Shown: one piece after another, positions 28,984-42,600 of the stretch
Layout: each line of letters opens with the position of its first letter
Position numbering within the stretch: the first letter of the stretch is position 1
Assembly: GCF_008831285.2 (NCBI RefSeq)
Contig: NC_045138.2
Location: 22,878,001-22,942,000 of the forward strand
Length of the DNA stretch: 64,000 bases
DNA from: Nymphaea colorata
Taxonomy: Eukaryota
Reading direction: 5' to 3'
Translations under genes and position numbers: made by a program
Notes under the pieces: generated by a model
The model's input: the letters and a program-made list of their open reading frames with translations, nothing else
The model's database searches: none
Told to the model about the DNA's origin: nothing

Positions 28984-29244
28984 CTTCCCCCGCCCACCCC
29001 CACCCCCACCACCACCACCACCTCCTCCTCCTCCTCCTCCTTCCTTCGTCCTAAACTCATGAAGGTTCACGGCTGAGAAGGGGCCGATTCCGCAGATCTA
29101 GGCTTCAGGACGAGGCATCCTGCGCCAACCTAGGGCCAATTCGATCAACGGAGAAAGAGACAGAGAGAGCACGCGAGCGAGAGAGAGAGAAAGAAAGGGG
29201 GAGGGAGAGGGAAGATGATGACCTTACTTCCTGCTACAAGCGAG

Positions 29245-29390
29245 CGTTACGGTTGTATCGGTCTAATGGAATCGGTCTATTCTCTGTTTCGTTGAGCTGT
29301 TGAGCGAAGAATGCGACCAAGGGAACCGGATCGTTACGGTTGTATCGGTCGAGTGGGATCGGTTTATTCTCTGATTCGAGGAGCTGTTGA
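29245..29390. repeat. Imperfect direct repeat (~58-bp match, 87-bp period) in the small gene's upstream region
   Basis: CGTTACGGTTGTATCGGTC...ATCGGT.TATTCTCTG.TTCG..GAGCTGTTGA at 29245 and 29332. Confidence 0.85.
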
Positions 29391-30944
29391 CCACTGCACG
29401 CACGTTGAATACAGGAAACCTCGTGCCATATGAACCGGACTCGTATCTGAACCCGAATATTCCGCCGACAGATCCGAGCCCGGGAGTTCAAACATCGAAG
29501 TGAACTCGATGTTGTGGAGTCGGAGCCGGACCCAGATTTATGGATCCATCATGCTGGATTCGGCAGATTACGTCAACCGCTTGCCCTTTCGTGAATTTGG
29601 ATCATGGTATGACGGGAAAATGTTGACCCGATGGCAACAGGAAAAGTGTGATCGCCTAAAATCGGTTGACCATGAAAATTGAAAACTCATATATACTTGC
29701 TGCACTGTAAAATGAGAAAAATGTCCCGCCTATGTCGACAGTATATAGTTTTTGGCGACAATATATAGATTTTATTGGGCTGATTATTTATATATATATA
29801 TATAGAAACCATTTTAGCATTGTGGGGTTGTTGATTAGGTTGATGTACCCTTCCAACCACAGGCAATGTTTGATTGAGATATGAGTTGCCATCTTCCAAC
29901 CAAAGTTCCACCTAACCAATCAATGGGGAGAAAATCCAAAGGCACTCAACCTGAACTCGTATATATGATATCCCAGCCTATCCGATCTCGTGTAAAGTGG
30001 TTGGCCTCAAATGTCATTTATGAGTTATATGGGAGACGACGTTTATAAGTACTTTTCTCAAACTCTGTTTGGGAGGTCTATCGGCTTAATCTAAATTTTA
30101 GTTTGATTAGAAGCTTTCACTTTTTTTAAAATGTTTATTTAGAGGAAACCACCTTGAGCATAAAAATCCGTAAGGTCATACGTCCTTTTCCATTTTCTCT
30201 TTAAGATTTTAGCTTGTTTTGAAGTATAAGAAGACATGCGGCACATCTTTTAACTCGGGTATTGCACTTGCCACCACTTACAGTAAAAAGGTAACAAACT
30301 AAAATGTGACAATCACCATAGGATAGAATTTGCAACTAGGACCCCCTTGACTGTGAGCTGTCTTACTGCTCGATTGCGCTATGCCCCTTGAAGCAAAAGC
30401 TTTCACCTTTAATGGTTTTTCAGAAAACCATGGATTTGCAACCAGGTGCTGACCCAGGAAAAAGATGTTCTTTTTTGCTAGGCATTGCTAATATACACAA
30501 ATACTCATGTTTCTAGGAGAAGCATTTACTTTGGATATGCCCATTATTGGATCCTAAATGGTGAGAATGATAATAGAACTGGAGCAAGCTTTACTTAAAT
30601 ATGCCTTGGCTCAAGCTTTTCTCGAATTTGAGTCGAGCTGAATCGGAAAAAAGGGAAAAAAAAAACCTTTTTGTAGTACTGATATGCAAAATAAGGACCA
30701 TGTGAAGAAGGGGCATTAATTTGAAATTGCAGTGGAAGAGAAAGGCACCATTGTAGTGATCCCTGTACCAAAACCTTGACCTGTGAAATGCATGTGTGTG
30801 TATAGAAAAATCCTGCGACTTCTCAAAGCACATCCCGTAATATGTTTAATCATGAACACACCCCTCCTCTCAAATACATTGCATTGGGTGGCCGTGATTA
30901 GTTGAAAGATTCGATGGATGAAGGATTTTACCTTCTTTATCTAC

Positions 30945-30990
<46 letters not shown>

Positions 30991-31875
30991 TTAACAAGCT
31001 TGATCTACCTTAAATAAGTTCCCATAGAGTAACTCAAACTTGGCTTGTTAATTACTCAAGATCATGACGAGCTTTAAACGGGCAAACCCCAGTTCCAGTT
31101 CAAATTGTTCAATCCATTACCCACTCCTAATAGTGGGAAGCAGTAGCAGAGCAAATTGTTGGCTAGGGTGAGCCACTGCCCGCCCATGCCAGTCCATCAA
31201 AAAATTCATTATATTGTGTTAATTTCACATTGTTATGATTCCAAAATTTTATGCAATACCCACACCAAAGTTGTGCCACCAATAGTGCTCCATGGATGAA
31301 AAATCTTGACTCCTCCAATTGTGGGAAGCAGTTAGGGCAGTGGAATGCATACAATAACCCACCTCCAAATCATTTCTTTCGACCAACTATGGCCAGATAG
31401 ATCCACTTTGATTTTGCAATTCACTCGAACTACCTTTGTGCCAAATATGAACCAACACAACCCTGGACATGGGCCTGAGGTTCAAAAATGTGATTTGTTG
31501 GTGCAAAAGATCAAATAGATATCAACAAAATAAACGTGTCAACCGGGATATAGAGCAGACTTGACGAATAACGCTTCAATAAATGGATACATCCCTTTCA
31601 ATAACTAGGTTATTCATTGTTTCTCTGGAAGAGGTCTGCCACAACAAAATCAGGCTCACATGCTTCTAAAGAAAAAGAACAGTTCAAAGAACATGATAAT
31701 CATTGTATATACGAACAATTTGGGATACATTATTGCAAGCAAATGCTTAAGAAACTAGAACATTGAAAACAATGTTCTGTGTCTGCTATCCATTTAGCAC
31801 AGGGATCTCAAGAAGAAGGTTTCATTTGATGCTCCTTTTGTTGGATCGGTTACACTCATGAGTCCTAAATGATGA

Positions 31876-33579
31876 TCAAGGGATGGTTCGTTGGTACAAA
31901 GGCAGAGCTCCCAATGCGTCACGCTCTGCTCTCTCTTTTTTGACCTTCAAAACAATACAATGAAGACCATAAGTTTTGGTTGGTTACCGACTGAACTGGA
32001 ACAACATAATGACACATTCAAAAGTTCAGAACACCATCAATTTTTTGAGTAAATGTATCCACGCTATAAAACCAAAACTCTGACAGCTGCATCGAGGAAA
32101 GCAAAGTTCTCCGGGCCCAATAAAGTAAAATGTGATATTAGACGAGTACTTACAAGAGCCAGCATCTCCTGCAGGTAGCCCCTAAAGGGTGTTTGCAAAG
32201 CCTACATGAAAGAACGAAACTTGAGACTACCAAAAGAAAGAAGCTTATGGATAGGGTCGAGTAATAAATCACTTATCAAAGCTGTCTAAAAAGCATAAGC
32301 AAACAAGAACAAATGAGTAATAGCCATAGCAATGTGCATAACTGTGGATGCAAGTGTGTGTGGGACAGCCTTCTCAAAGAATAGAGCATGGGTGAGAGGT
32401 TGAGAGTGACGCCACATTGATCCCCAAAAGCACCTACACTCATGTTGTGGAAACCATAGGGACGAGCTGTATTATTATAATCATACATTAAAAATATCTT
32501 CAGGCTTCAGCATGATTTATTTGATAGAAATTGATATTTCAGATCATCATGTCATTTGGACAAAAAGTAGGAATTCTACTAAAAAATGCTTGTGGATCAC
32601 ATGTATAAGATTGGAGGGACAAAGACAGTATCAGTTGTGAAAATTTGTACCTTTTGTGAAGTGCACCTTGTAATTACTAACACAAAAACAGACACATGCA
32701 CATATATATACCATGCCCCTAAGTTCTATAATTTGCCCGCCATTGGCCATGTATTTGGATGCAAAAAAGAAAAGGTCATGTTCTTTACTGAATATGAACA
32801 TGAATAAACTGGAATTGAAAACATTAATATCAACATTACAGTTGAATAGGTCCAAACTCCAAACAAGCACTTTACAACAACAAAACTGTCAAATAAAATA
32901 ACAGCCAAGAAGAAAGAACAATACCATTGAAGCCTTCAACATCCAAATAAAAAATAAAAATCAGAACTTAGAAATGGTAATATTACGAATCTTGTTTATG
33001 AAATAGTAAATGAATCTATGCATGGGTGACTTGACAGACATCACAGAACCCAACTTGACTAGCCAGTAGGTGCAACCGTGCAACAAGGAGAGGAGCTAGC
33101 AATCATACCATTACCACCACACCATGGTAGAACATGTTATCTTCACTTTTGCGACAACATGCACAACAGATAATACTCTAACTTCATCCTTTCAGAAAGT
33201 TGAATCCAATATACATTTCAATGTCCACAAAAGCTCACCCTCCAAATGAAGGATTAAAAATAATAAAGAGATCCTCCCTTATTGTACATTGTTCTGCTTT
33301 TACATTTTACAGGGATGCAGGTACATGTGCTGAAACGAGCATGAAGCAAGTTCAAGAAACTTGGTCTGGGGGCACATATCTCTCTATCCCCTCGAAAATT
33401 ATGCCTCCTATGCATGTCGCTCAATGTATTATGTGGTTCTTAATAAATTTGACTGTATAAATCTTAACTTCTCTGAAAGAGTGGGACTTCCATAGCACAC
33501 CGAAGTAAATGAGAATGAAAAGATAATTGATTTTCTGAAAAGAGATCATGAGATGACTTACCAATTAAGCAAAGTGTAT

Positions 33580-33635
<56 letters not shown>

Positions 33636-36600
33636 CACACCAAAAGCTATTTATGTTTAGAAGATCAAAAAAGGTACAACCTACAAGAAAAAATCAAATG
33701 GTATCAAAAGCAAAAAATGCATAGACAAGCACCCAACATGGCTTTACCGTGCCCAAACAGTCTCATGTCTGCATCCATGTTCTGTCATGCTGACACAGGT
33801 GCAGATGACTAGGCATGCTTGTGTAACTGATACGTGCCTGTCTAGGAGTCCGTCGAGACAGGACGTGGGCGAGGCCACTGCTACTGCCGTTGAGCCCGTC
33901 GGGGGCGAAGGAGGCAACAAAGTGCCGTCCAGGACCGGCCAGACCTGCACCGAGGGCCGCCGATGTTGGCCTCCTAGTGCCGAAGGTAGTGCCGATAGAC
34001 GCGGGACAGCTAGCGTCTTCGGGGCTACGACCAGGGCAGACACCGTTCACACCCGTCGGGCAGGGGAAGAGCCGACGACCGACCCGCGATTAGAATTTTA
34101 TATGGCTAACTCTTTGTGTGACAGGGATAAAGACGCACCCGAACCTAGCGGGACCAAGGAGCTAGCCGACACGCGGCGCGATGGACGGATGCTGAAGGAG
34201 GACGGCTCAGACGCGGACATGCTCGTGATGAAGACCACCCTTCCTGAGTCAGGGTGAAGTGGGTTCACACCCAGCTCGAGCGTCTCGACCGACCCCGCCC
34301 TTGGAACGGGCGTTGATGGACTTGGGTGACCGTGCGAAACGGTTCCCCTTTCATGTTGTACATATTTTTACTTATTTTTACTTTAATCTTTTATTGTTGT
34401 AACCTATTGAACTGTGAATCGGTTCGGCCAGTTGGAACCGGTTCGACTGAGCAAACCGGCTCACTCATGCGTTAAAACGCATGAACCTCATTGTACAGGA
34501 TATACATGTTTTATGAAGAACCTGGTTTCTCTCTCCTCTCTCGCGATTTTCTCTCTCCTCCCACCCGAGGGCTCACGCTCGCCATGGCGAGGGTTGTCTC
34601 CCCCGCTTCTCTCTCTCGCGTCCCTACCTCCTGACGCCTCTTCCTCTCCTCGATCCTCAGCTTCTTCTATCTTTCCCACGCATCCCTTATCTCCGATGCT
34701 TTCTTCTGATTTCCCCCGTGAGGTCCAAGCTTCTCCTGTCGCCCTCCACTGCAGCTAAATGCTGCTGCTTCACCCGCAGCCTCCACCGCATCACCTCCTC
34801 CTAACCAGCCTGCAGATCTGCTCAGCGTCACCAAGGGACAACACCGTGGCTTCTGCCCCTCTTGGCGACGCCGTGGATCATCCCTGAGAAGGATCTGACT
34901 GCCCTCAGCTGCCAACGAAACCCCAATGAAGTCAGACGCACGCGGGCTGCTGTCCGCCCCTGTTCCTGCCTCATCTTCCTATCCAGCCTGCTGAATCCCT
35001 TCCATCTGAACCAGGGAGCATCGCCGTTGGCTTCTGCTCCTCTGGGCGACGCTATGGCTCACCTCTGAGCAAGACCCGACAGCTCAAAGAGGCTGAAAAC
35101 CCCACCCGACGGATTTCTGATCTCTCAGGTTGCTGTCCGCCTCTTTCAACGCCTCCTCCACCCGAACAGGCAGCTGATGCTCTTCCATCTGAACCAAAGG
35201 ACCTCGCCATTGCCTTCCTCACCTCTGGGCGATGCCGTGGGACCTCACTGAAGAAGACCCGACAGCTCCAAGCGATTGACAACCCACCTGCCGGAATTCT
35301 GAGATCACTGAGCTGCTGTCCGCCGCTGTCCCTGCCTCCTCCACCCGAGCAGCAGCCGAAGCGTTTCCAGCTTAGCTAAGGGAACCTGCCGTTGATCTTC
35401 TCCAGCCCTGGGCGACATCAGAGATCATTTCTGAGGAGGATTCGATCATCCACCGCTGCCAAGGGACCCTCCGACGGAAACCAGACCTCGCTGGTGGCTC
35501 TCCCTGTGAACTCCGCCTGCTTCCCAGCCGGTTCCCCTGTTTACGATAGCCATTTGGGGGAAAACCCCAAATCGGGTGAAGGATCGACTCCTTCCTCATT
35601 CTCTGTTGCTTGATCCTCGTTTCTGCCTGTGGACTGCACGAACAGAAGGCTGGAAATGGGTTGCTGGGTTGAGCAGTGAGCTCTGTTTCACGCTGCAGAC
35701 CAGACCCCAACCTGGTTAACGAATTGGCCATGGGGTGGTCAGATGCCCCCCATACTCTGGGCGTCCCAACGTAAGGGTCATGGCCTCCTGCCCACCAAGT
35801 TTCAGCCTCATCCGCCACCGGATTGAGCTGCTGTGAATTTCTGAAGGTCGCTCCCCTGTTCTGCCGTTTCTCCCCTGTTTCGGGTATCAGTCCAGCAGCT
35901 TGAGGAAGCAACGACTGGACCTTAGGGTGGGCTTTTGCCCCCCATATTTTGGGCGTCTACAGATAGGTATCTCAGGCAGCTGCACACCAAATTTCAGCTC
36001 AATCCGAGCTTCGAGCCATTTTTGGTGAATTTTGCAAGGTTGAGCTCCCCTGTCCTGCGCCTGAAGTTGAACTGAGCCTCTGCCGCCTGTAACAGTTCTG
36101 AACTTAAATCCTTCAACGACCCTGCCTTGGGGTGGGCATTTGCCCCCCAAACTTGGGGCGTCCCTTGGTATCTATCCTGGCGACCTTCCTACCAAGTTTC
36201 ACCCCCATCCGACGTCGGGATGAATTTCTGGGATTTTTCGAAGGTCTGCTGCCCTGTTCAATGACAGAGGGTCTTCCAGCAGCCTGTCGCCTGTGACAGT
36301 CCAGGGGCTTCTCCAGGGGCTTGAACTCGCATGCTGGGTTCTTTCCAGCTCCACCTTGGCCCATCCTCGGATAACTATCCGGCAGAGCTGCTGTCCAAAA
36401 CTCGGCTCAATCGGACAGTTCTATGATTTATGGTGTCCTTCGGAAGCGGCTAGACCCCTGTCTACGCCTTTGAACCTGAGCACACCAGTCTCGACCGTGG
36501 GAAGCTGGAGCACTTGCTGCCCTGCAGCGCGCCTGCGCCGGCGTTAAACGGCGCTTGCCTCACCCCACTGACGTCTGCTCCCGGGGTTTATCTTCGCACA

Positions 36601-39600
36601 CGGTGACGCTTCTCTACTCCTTGGGACTGTTCTTGCTTGTTTGATTACGCATTGACTGCTTGGCTTTCTATTGTGAGGGCTGCTCGACGAGCCGCTAGGT
36701 ACCAGCCGTGAGGAGCTAGGAGCAAAGGCTGCTTGGCAGCGCGCATGCACCGGCGTTAATCGGTGCCTGCCTCACCCCTTACGTTCGCTCCTGGGGTCCC
36801 TATTGCCGTCTGGTGAAGCTCCTCTACTCTCGCCTCCTTTATTCCTGTAAATTGTGTTCTTGGTAATTGCCCTGCTGCTTGTGTTTGAGGGCGTTTCCAA
36901 GGAGCGACAGGGGGCGTGAAGGAAGCTGGTAACCGCCTGATTCGCCGTCCGTTGCTGGATACCGAGGGCCTTGGTCTTCTGCCCTTGGTCGTGCCGCTGG
37001 GCTAGCCCCAGCGAGGTTTGCCTCACTCTCCCCCTGTAGAACGGGGTGGGTTTACTCGCTTTCAGCCTTAACTGTGATCCAACCTATGGGCTGGGGAATG
37101 GTTTGTACGCATAGGCATGAATGAATGGTTTGTTGAGTGAGGCTGAGGGCATTCTTGTACGCAACGGTTGTAAGGCCTTGAACCCATCTGTGTAGTAGGT
37201 TCAGACCTAGAATAGGCGGGAAAAGCCCTCCTTGTACCCTTACCCTGGGGGATTCACTGGGTTTGTCCCCAGTGGGGTAGAAACTGAATTGTAATCTTGG
37301 TATCTCCGGATCCGAAAGCATTCCCGAAGAGATCTTGGGAGGTCAGGACGGCAGCGCAGTCTGGGTTTTCTGGACAGCTACAGTGCCCGCAGCTTGCGTC
37401 CTACCAGTAGGTATCAGAGCTGTCTTCAGGAATCAGTTTTCGGTTTTCTTTTCAGAAGATTACGCAATTGTGTTTAGCAGCTATGGCACCACGTGATGTT
37501 AAACAAGTTGCTGCAGATATTGAGTTACAGGAGGTTTCAGATGAGGGGGTAGTTGTTGTAACAGGGGAGGAAGTCACGCCTGTTACTCTCAAATCCCTCA
37601 TGGATATGATGAGTCAAATGCGAGATGACAAGCGCAGGATTATAGAGCGCCTTGACAGCCTTGAGAGGAGAGTGCTTGAGACTCCTCTTGGTGCCCCACC
37701 CTTGCCCCAGGCCACAGCTAGCCCTGACGTACCGACCGCCTCTTATGTGCAACAAGGTGGAGTGACTGAATCTGCTATGCACAGGACGCGCGATCAGATG
37801 CAGCAGAAGGCCACTCAGTCAGTCAGGTCGACAGAGGGGAAGGGGTTACTCTCCACGCCGACTAGAGAAGGCTGTAGTGTACTTGCGGGAAGGTTCCTCA
37901 ATGCTTCTGTGCCCAGGCCACCTTTCAGCCAGCCCACAGTGGACGTTGAGGTCCCCAGCACTTCCTTTACCCAGCCACGGGGCATTTCTGAGTCTTCTAT
38001 ACATCAGGTGCTTTTTGAAACGCAGCAGGCTAATGTGAAACCTATTCAAGCACCACATGGGGAGGAATTACTTCCTAAGCCACCTAAGCAGACCGACTAT
38101 GTCAGTATAGATCAACCTTCTCAAATGAGCTACGCGGAAATGGAATTCGATGAGGTTGAATAAGAAGCTGCCCTAGAGCAGCCAGGGTCGCCTAGTGGTG
38201 AGTGCCACACAGCTACCTACCCCAGCCGCCCCAGAACTATGCGCATGGTAGGATCCATTCAGTCTACAGGTGTGGTTGTTCTTCTGGATTCAGGGGCCAC
38301 TCCTAACCATATCAGGACTGAGATTGCTCATAAGGTGGCCTACACGTTGACACCGCACGGACCTCTCACTGTTGTCGTTGGTAACGGTGCCTTTCTCTCT
38401 TGCAATCTTGTGTGCAGAGCAGTGAATTTAGTGATGCAAGGGGAGTCATTTGTGGTTGATTTGTTGGTCTTACCTATTGAGGGGCCCGATGTTGTACTTG
38501 GGGTTATCTCAGTGGCTACTGATGTACCTCTTGCGGCAGGTAATGATGTTGACCAGGTGCCTACATTGGGAATTGAATGCCCTATGTTTACCGACACAAA
38601 CCCGCGTGACTGGAATGTTAAAGTTGTAAGGTACTCTTTGTGCTTAGGGGTACCACCAGAGCACCAAGTCACCTATGCCATGCTTCGTCTTGAAGACCCT
38701 AAGTATAATTATGTGAATCAGAGTGGCGCAGTGGAAGCATGGAGGAAACAGACAGCTATATGGGCAGATCAATTACCATCGCTTTTTGTTTTGGCTACCA
38801 AAGGCGAGCGGGATAGCTCTTCTATCTCGTTCCTTCTATCATTGTTGGAAGAGCAGCCAGAGGCTAGAGCGAAGCCACGTAAGAGGCAAGTTTATGATCG
38901 TGGAAAAGCCTCCCACACCAGTACATGGCCCGACGAGCTCCACAGACCGCGAGAGTCATTGTTAGCCTCTTTGGCAAGGGACTATGGACCTCACCCCAGA
39001 CGAGCTTGTTGGGTGCGTGAGTTAGGGAGCGAGACAGTCCATACCGTCCATCTTGTGGAAGGGAAAGAGAGACGTTTCCAGGGTACCTCAAGTGGAGGGG
39101 TTGAGGAGTTCGACCAGATCGCCCACAGGTTTCCTTACGTACGAGCTTGGGGACAAGCTCACACTCAGCGGGGTGGATCTGATACGTGCCTGTCTAGGAG
39201 TCCGTCGAGACAGGACGTGGGCGAGGCCACTGCTACTGCCGTTGAGCCCGTCGGGGGCGAAGGAGGCAACAAAGTGCCGTCCAGGACCGGCCAGAACTGC
39301 ACCGAGGGCCGCCGACGTTGGCCTCCTAGTGCCGAAGGTAGTGCCGATAGACGCGGGACAGCTAGCGTCTTCGGGGCTACGACCAGGGCAGACACCGTTC
39401 ACACCCGCCGGGCAGGGGAAGAGCCGACGACCGACCCGCGATTAGAATTTTATATGGCTAACTCTTCGTGTGACAGGGATAAAGACGCACCCGAACCTAG
39501 CAGGACCAAGGAGCTAGCCGACACGCGGCGCGATGGACGGATGCTGAAGGAGGACGGCTCAGACGCGGACATGCTCGTGATGAAGACCACCCTTCCTGAG

Positions 39601-42600
39601 TCAGGGTGAAGTGGGTTCACACCCAGCTCGAGCGTCTCGACCGACCCCGCCCTTGGAACGGGCGTTGATGGACTTGGGTGACCGTGCGAAACGGTTCCCC
39701 TTTCATGTTGTACATATTTTTACTTATTTTTACTTTAATCTTTTATTGTTGTAACCTATTGGACTGTGAATCGGTTCGGCCAGTTGGAACCAGTTCGGCT
39801 GAGCAAACCGGCTCACTCATGCGTTAAAACGCATGAACCTCATTGTACACGATATACATGTTTTATGAAGAACCTGGTTTCTCTCTCCTCTCTCGCGATT
39901 TTCTCTCTCCTCCCACCCGAGGGCTCACGCTCGCCATGGCGAGGGTTGTCTCCCCCGCTTCTCTCTCTCGCGTCCCTACCTCCTGACGCCTCTTCCTCTC
40001 CTCGATCCTCAGCTTCTTCTATCTTTCCCACGCATCCCTTATCTCCGATGCTTTCTTCTGATTTCCCCCGTGAGGTCCAAGCTTCTCCTGTCGCCCTCCA
40101 CTGCAGCTAAATGCTGCTGCTTCACCCGCAGCCTCCACCGCATCACCTCCTCCTAACCAGCCTGCAGATCTGCTCAGCGTCACCAAGGGACAACGCCGTG
40201 GCTTCTGCCCCTCTTGGCGACGCCGTGGATCATCCCTGAGAAGGATCTGACTGCCCTCAACTGCCAACGAAACCCCAATGAAGTCAGACGCACGCGGGCT
40301 GCTGTCCGCCCCTGTTCCTGCCTCATCTTCCTATCCAGCCTGCTGAATCCCTTCCATCTGAACCAGGGAGCATCGCCGTTGGCTTCTGCTCCTCTGGGCG
40401 ACGCTATGGCTCACCTCTGAGCAAGACCCGACAGCTCAAAGAGGCTGAAAACCCCACCCGACGGATTTCTGATCTCTCAGGTTGCTGTCCGCCTCTTTCA
40501 ACGCCTCCTCCACCCGAACAGGCAGCTGATGCTCTTCCATCTGAACCAAAGGACCTCGCCATTGCCTTCCTCACCTCTGGGCGATGCCGTGGGACCTCAC
40601 TGAAGAAGACCCGACAGCTCCAAGCGATTGACAACCCACCTGCCGGAATTCTGAGATCACTGAGCTGCTGTCCGCCGCTGTCCCTGCCTCCTCCACCCGA
40701 GCAGCAGCCGAAGCGTTTCCAGCTTAGCTAAGGGAACCTGCCGTTGATCTTCTCCAGCCCTGGGCGACATCAGAGATCATTTCTGAGGAGGATTCGATCA
40801 TCCACCGCTGCCAAGGGACCCTCCGACGGAAACCAGACCTCGCTGGTGGCTCTCCCTGTGAACTCCGCCTGCTTCCCAGCCGGTTCCCCTGTTTACGATA
40901 GCCATTTGGGGGAAAACCCCAAATCGGGTGAAGGATCGACTCCTTCCTCATTCTCTGTTGCTTGATCCTCGTTTCTGCCTGTGGACTGCACGAACAGAAG
41001 GCTGGAAATGGGTTGCTGGGTTGAGCAGTGAGCTCTGTTTCACGCTGCAGACCAGACCCCAACCTGGTTAACGAATTGGCCATGGGGTGGTCAGATGCCC
41101 CCCATACTCTGGGCGTCCCAACGTAAGGGTCATGGCCTCCTGCCCACCAAGTTTCAGCCTCATCCGCCACCGGATTGAGCTGCTGTGAATTTCTGAAGGT
41201 CGCTCCCCTGTTCTGCCGTTTCTCCCCTGTTTCGGGTATCAGTCCAGCAGCTTGAGGAAGCAACGACTGGACCTTAGGGTGGGCTTTTGCCCCCCATATT
41301 TTGGGCGTCTACAGATAGGTATCTCAGGCAGCTGCACACCAAATTTCAGCTCAATCCGAGCTTCGAGCCATTTTTGGTGAATTTTGCAAGGTTGAGCTCC
41401 CCTGTCCTGCGCCTGAAGTTGAACTGAGCCTCTGCCGCCTGTAACAGTTCTGAACTTAAATCCTTCAACGACCCTGCCTTGGGGTGGGCATTTGCCCCCC
41501 AAACTTGGGGCGTCCCTTGGTATCTATCCTGGCGACCTTCCTACCAAGTTTCACCCCCATCCGACGTCGGGGTGAATTTCTGGGATTTTTCGAAGGTCTG
41601 CTGCCCTGTTCAATGACAGAGGGTCTTCCAGCAGCCTGTCGCCTGTGACAGTCCAGGGGCTTCTCCAGGGGCTTGAACTCGCATGCTGGGTTCTTTCCAG
41701 CTCCACCTTGGCCCATCCTCGGATAACTATCCGGCAGAGCTGCTGTCCAAAACTCGGCTCAATCGGACAGTTCTATGATTTATGGTGTCCTTTGGAAGCG
41801 GCTAGACCCCTGTCTACGCCTTTGAACCTGAGCACACCAGTCTCGACCGTGGGAAGCTGGAGCACTTGCTGCCCTGCAGCGCGCCTGCGCCGGCGTTAAA
41901 CGGCGCTTGCCTCACCCCACTGACGTCTGCTCCCGGGGTTTATCTTCGCACACGGTGACGCTTCTCTACTCCTTGGGACTGTTCTTGCTTGTTTGATTAC
42001 GCATTGACTGCTTGGCTTTCTATTGTGAGGGCTGCTCGACGAGCCGCTAGGTACCAGCCGTGAGGAGCTAGGAGCAAAGGCTGCTTGGCAGCGCGCATGC
42101 ACCGTCGTTAATCGGTGCCTGCCTCACCCCTTACGTTCGCTCCTGGGGTCCCTATTGCCGTCTGGTGAAGCTCCTCTACTCTCGCCTCCTTTATTCCTGT
42201 AAATTGTGTTCTTGGTAATTGCCCTGCTGCTTGTGTTTGAGGGCGTTTCCAAGGAGCGACAGGGGGCGTGAAGGAAGCTGGTAACCGCCTGATTCGCCGT
42301 CCGTTGCTGGATACCGAGGGCCTTGGTCTTCTGCCCTTGGTCGTGCCGCTGGGCTAGCCCCAGCGAGGTTTGCCTCACTCTCCCCCTGTAGAACGGGGTG
42401 GGTTTACTCGCTTTCAGCCTTAACTGTGATCCAACCTATGGGCTGGGGAATGGTTTGTACGCATAGGCATGAATGAATGGTTTGTTGAGTGAGGCTGAGG
42501 GCATTCTTGTACGCAACGGTTGTAAGGCCTTGAACCCATCTGTGTAGTAGGTTCAGACCTAGAATAGGCGGGAAAAGCCCTCCTTGTACCCTTACCCTGG

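Noticed and set aside
28760..29076. Plus-strand poly-Pro ORFs and the poly-Gly N-terminal extension from 29070
   Set aside because: Antisense shadows of the minus-strand gene. The extension starts at GTG and translates a GGN repeat.
33744..37321. Many paired 60-180-aa ORFs repeated at 39053-42673
   Set aside because: Chance ORFs in GC-rich LTRs, duplicated only because the LTRs are. No recognisable domains.
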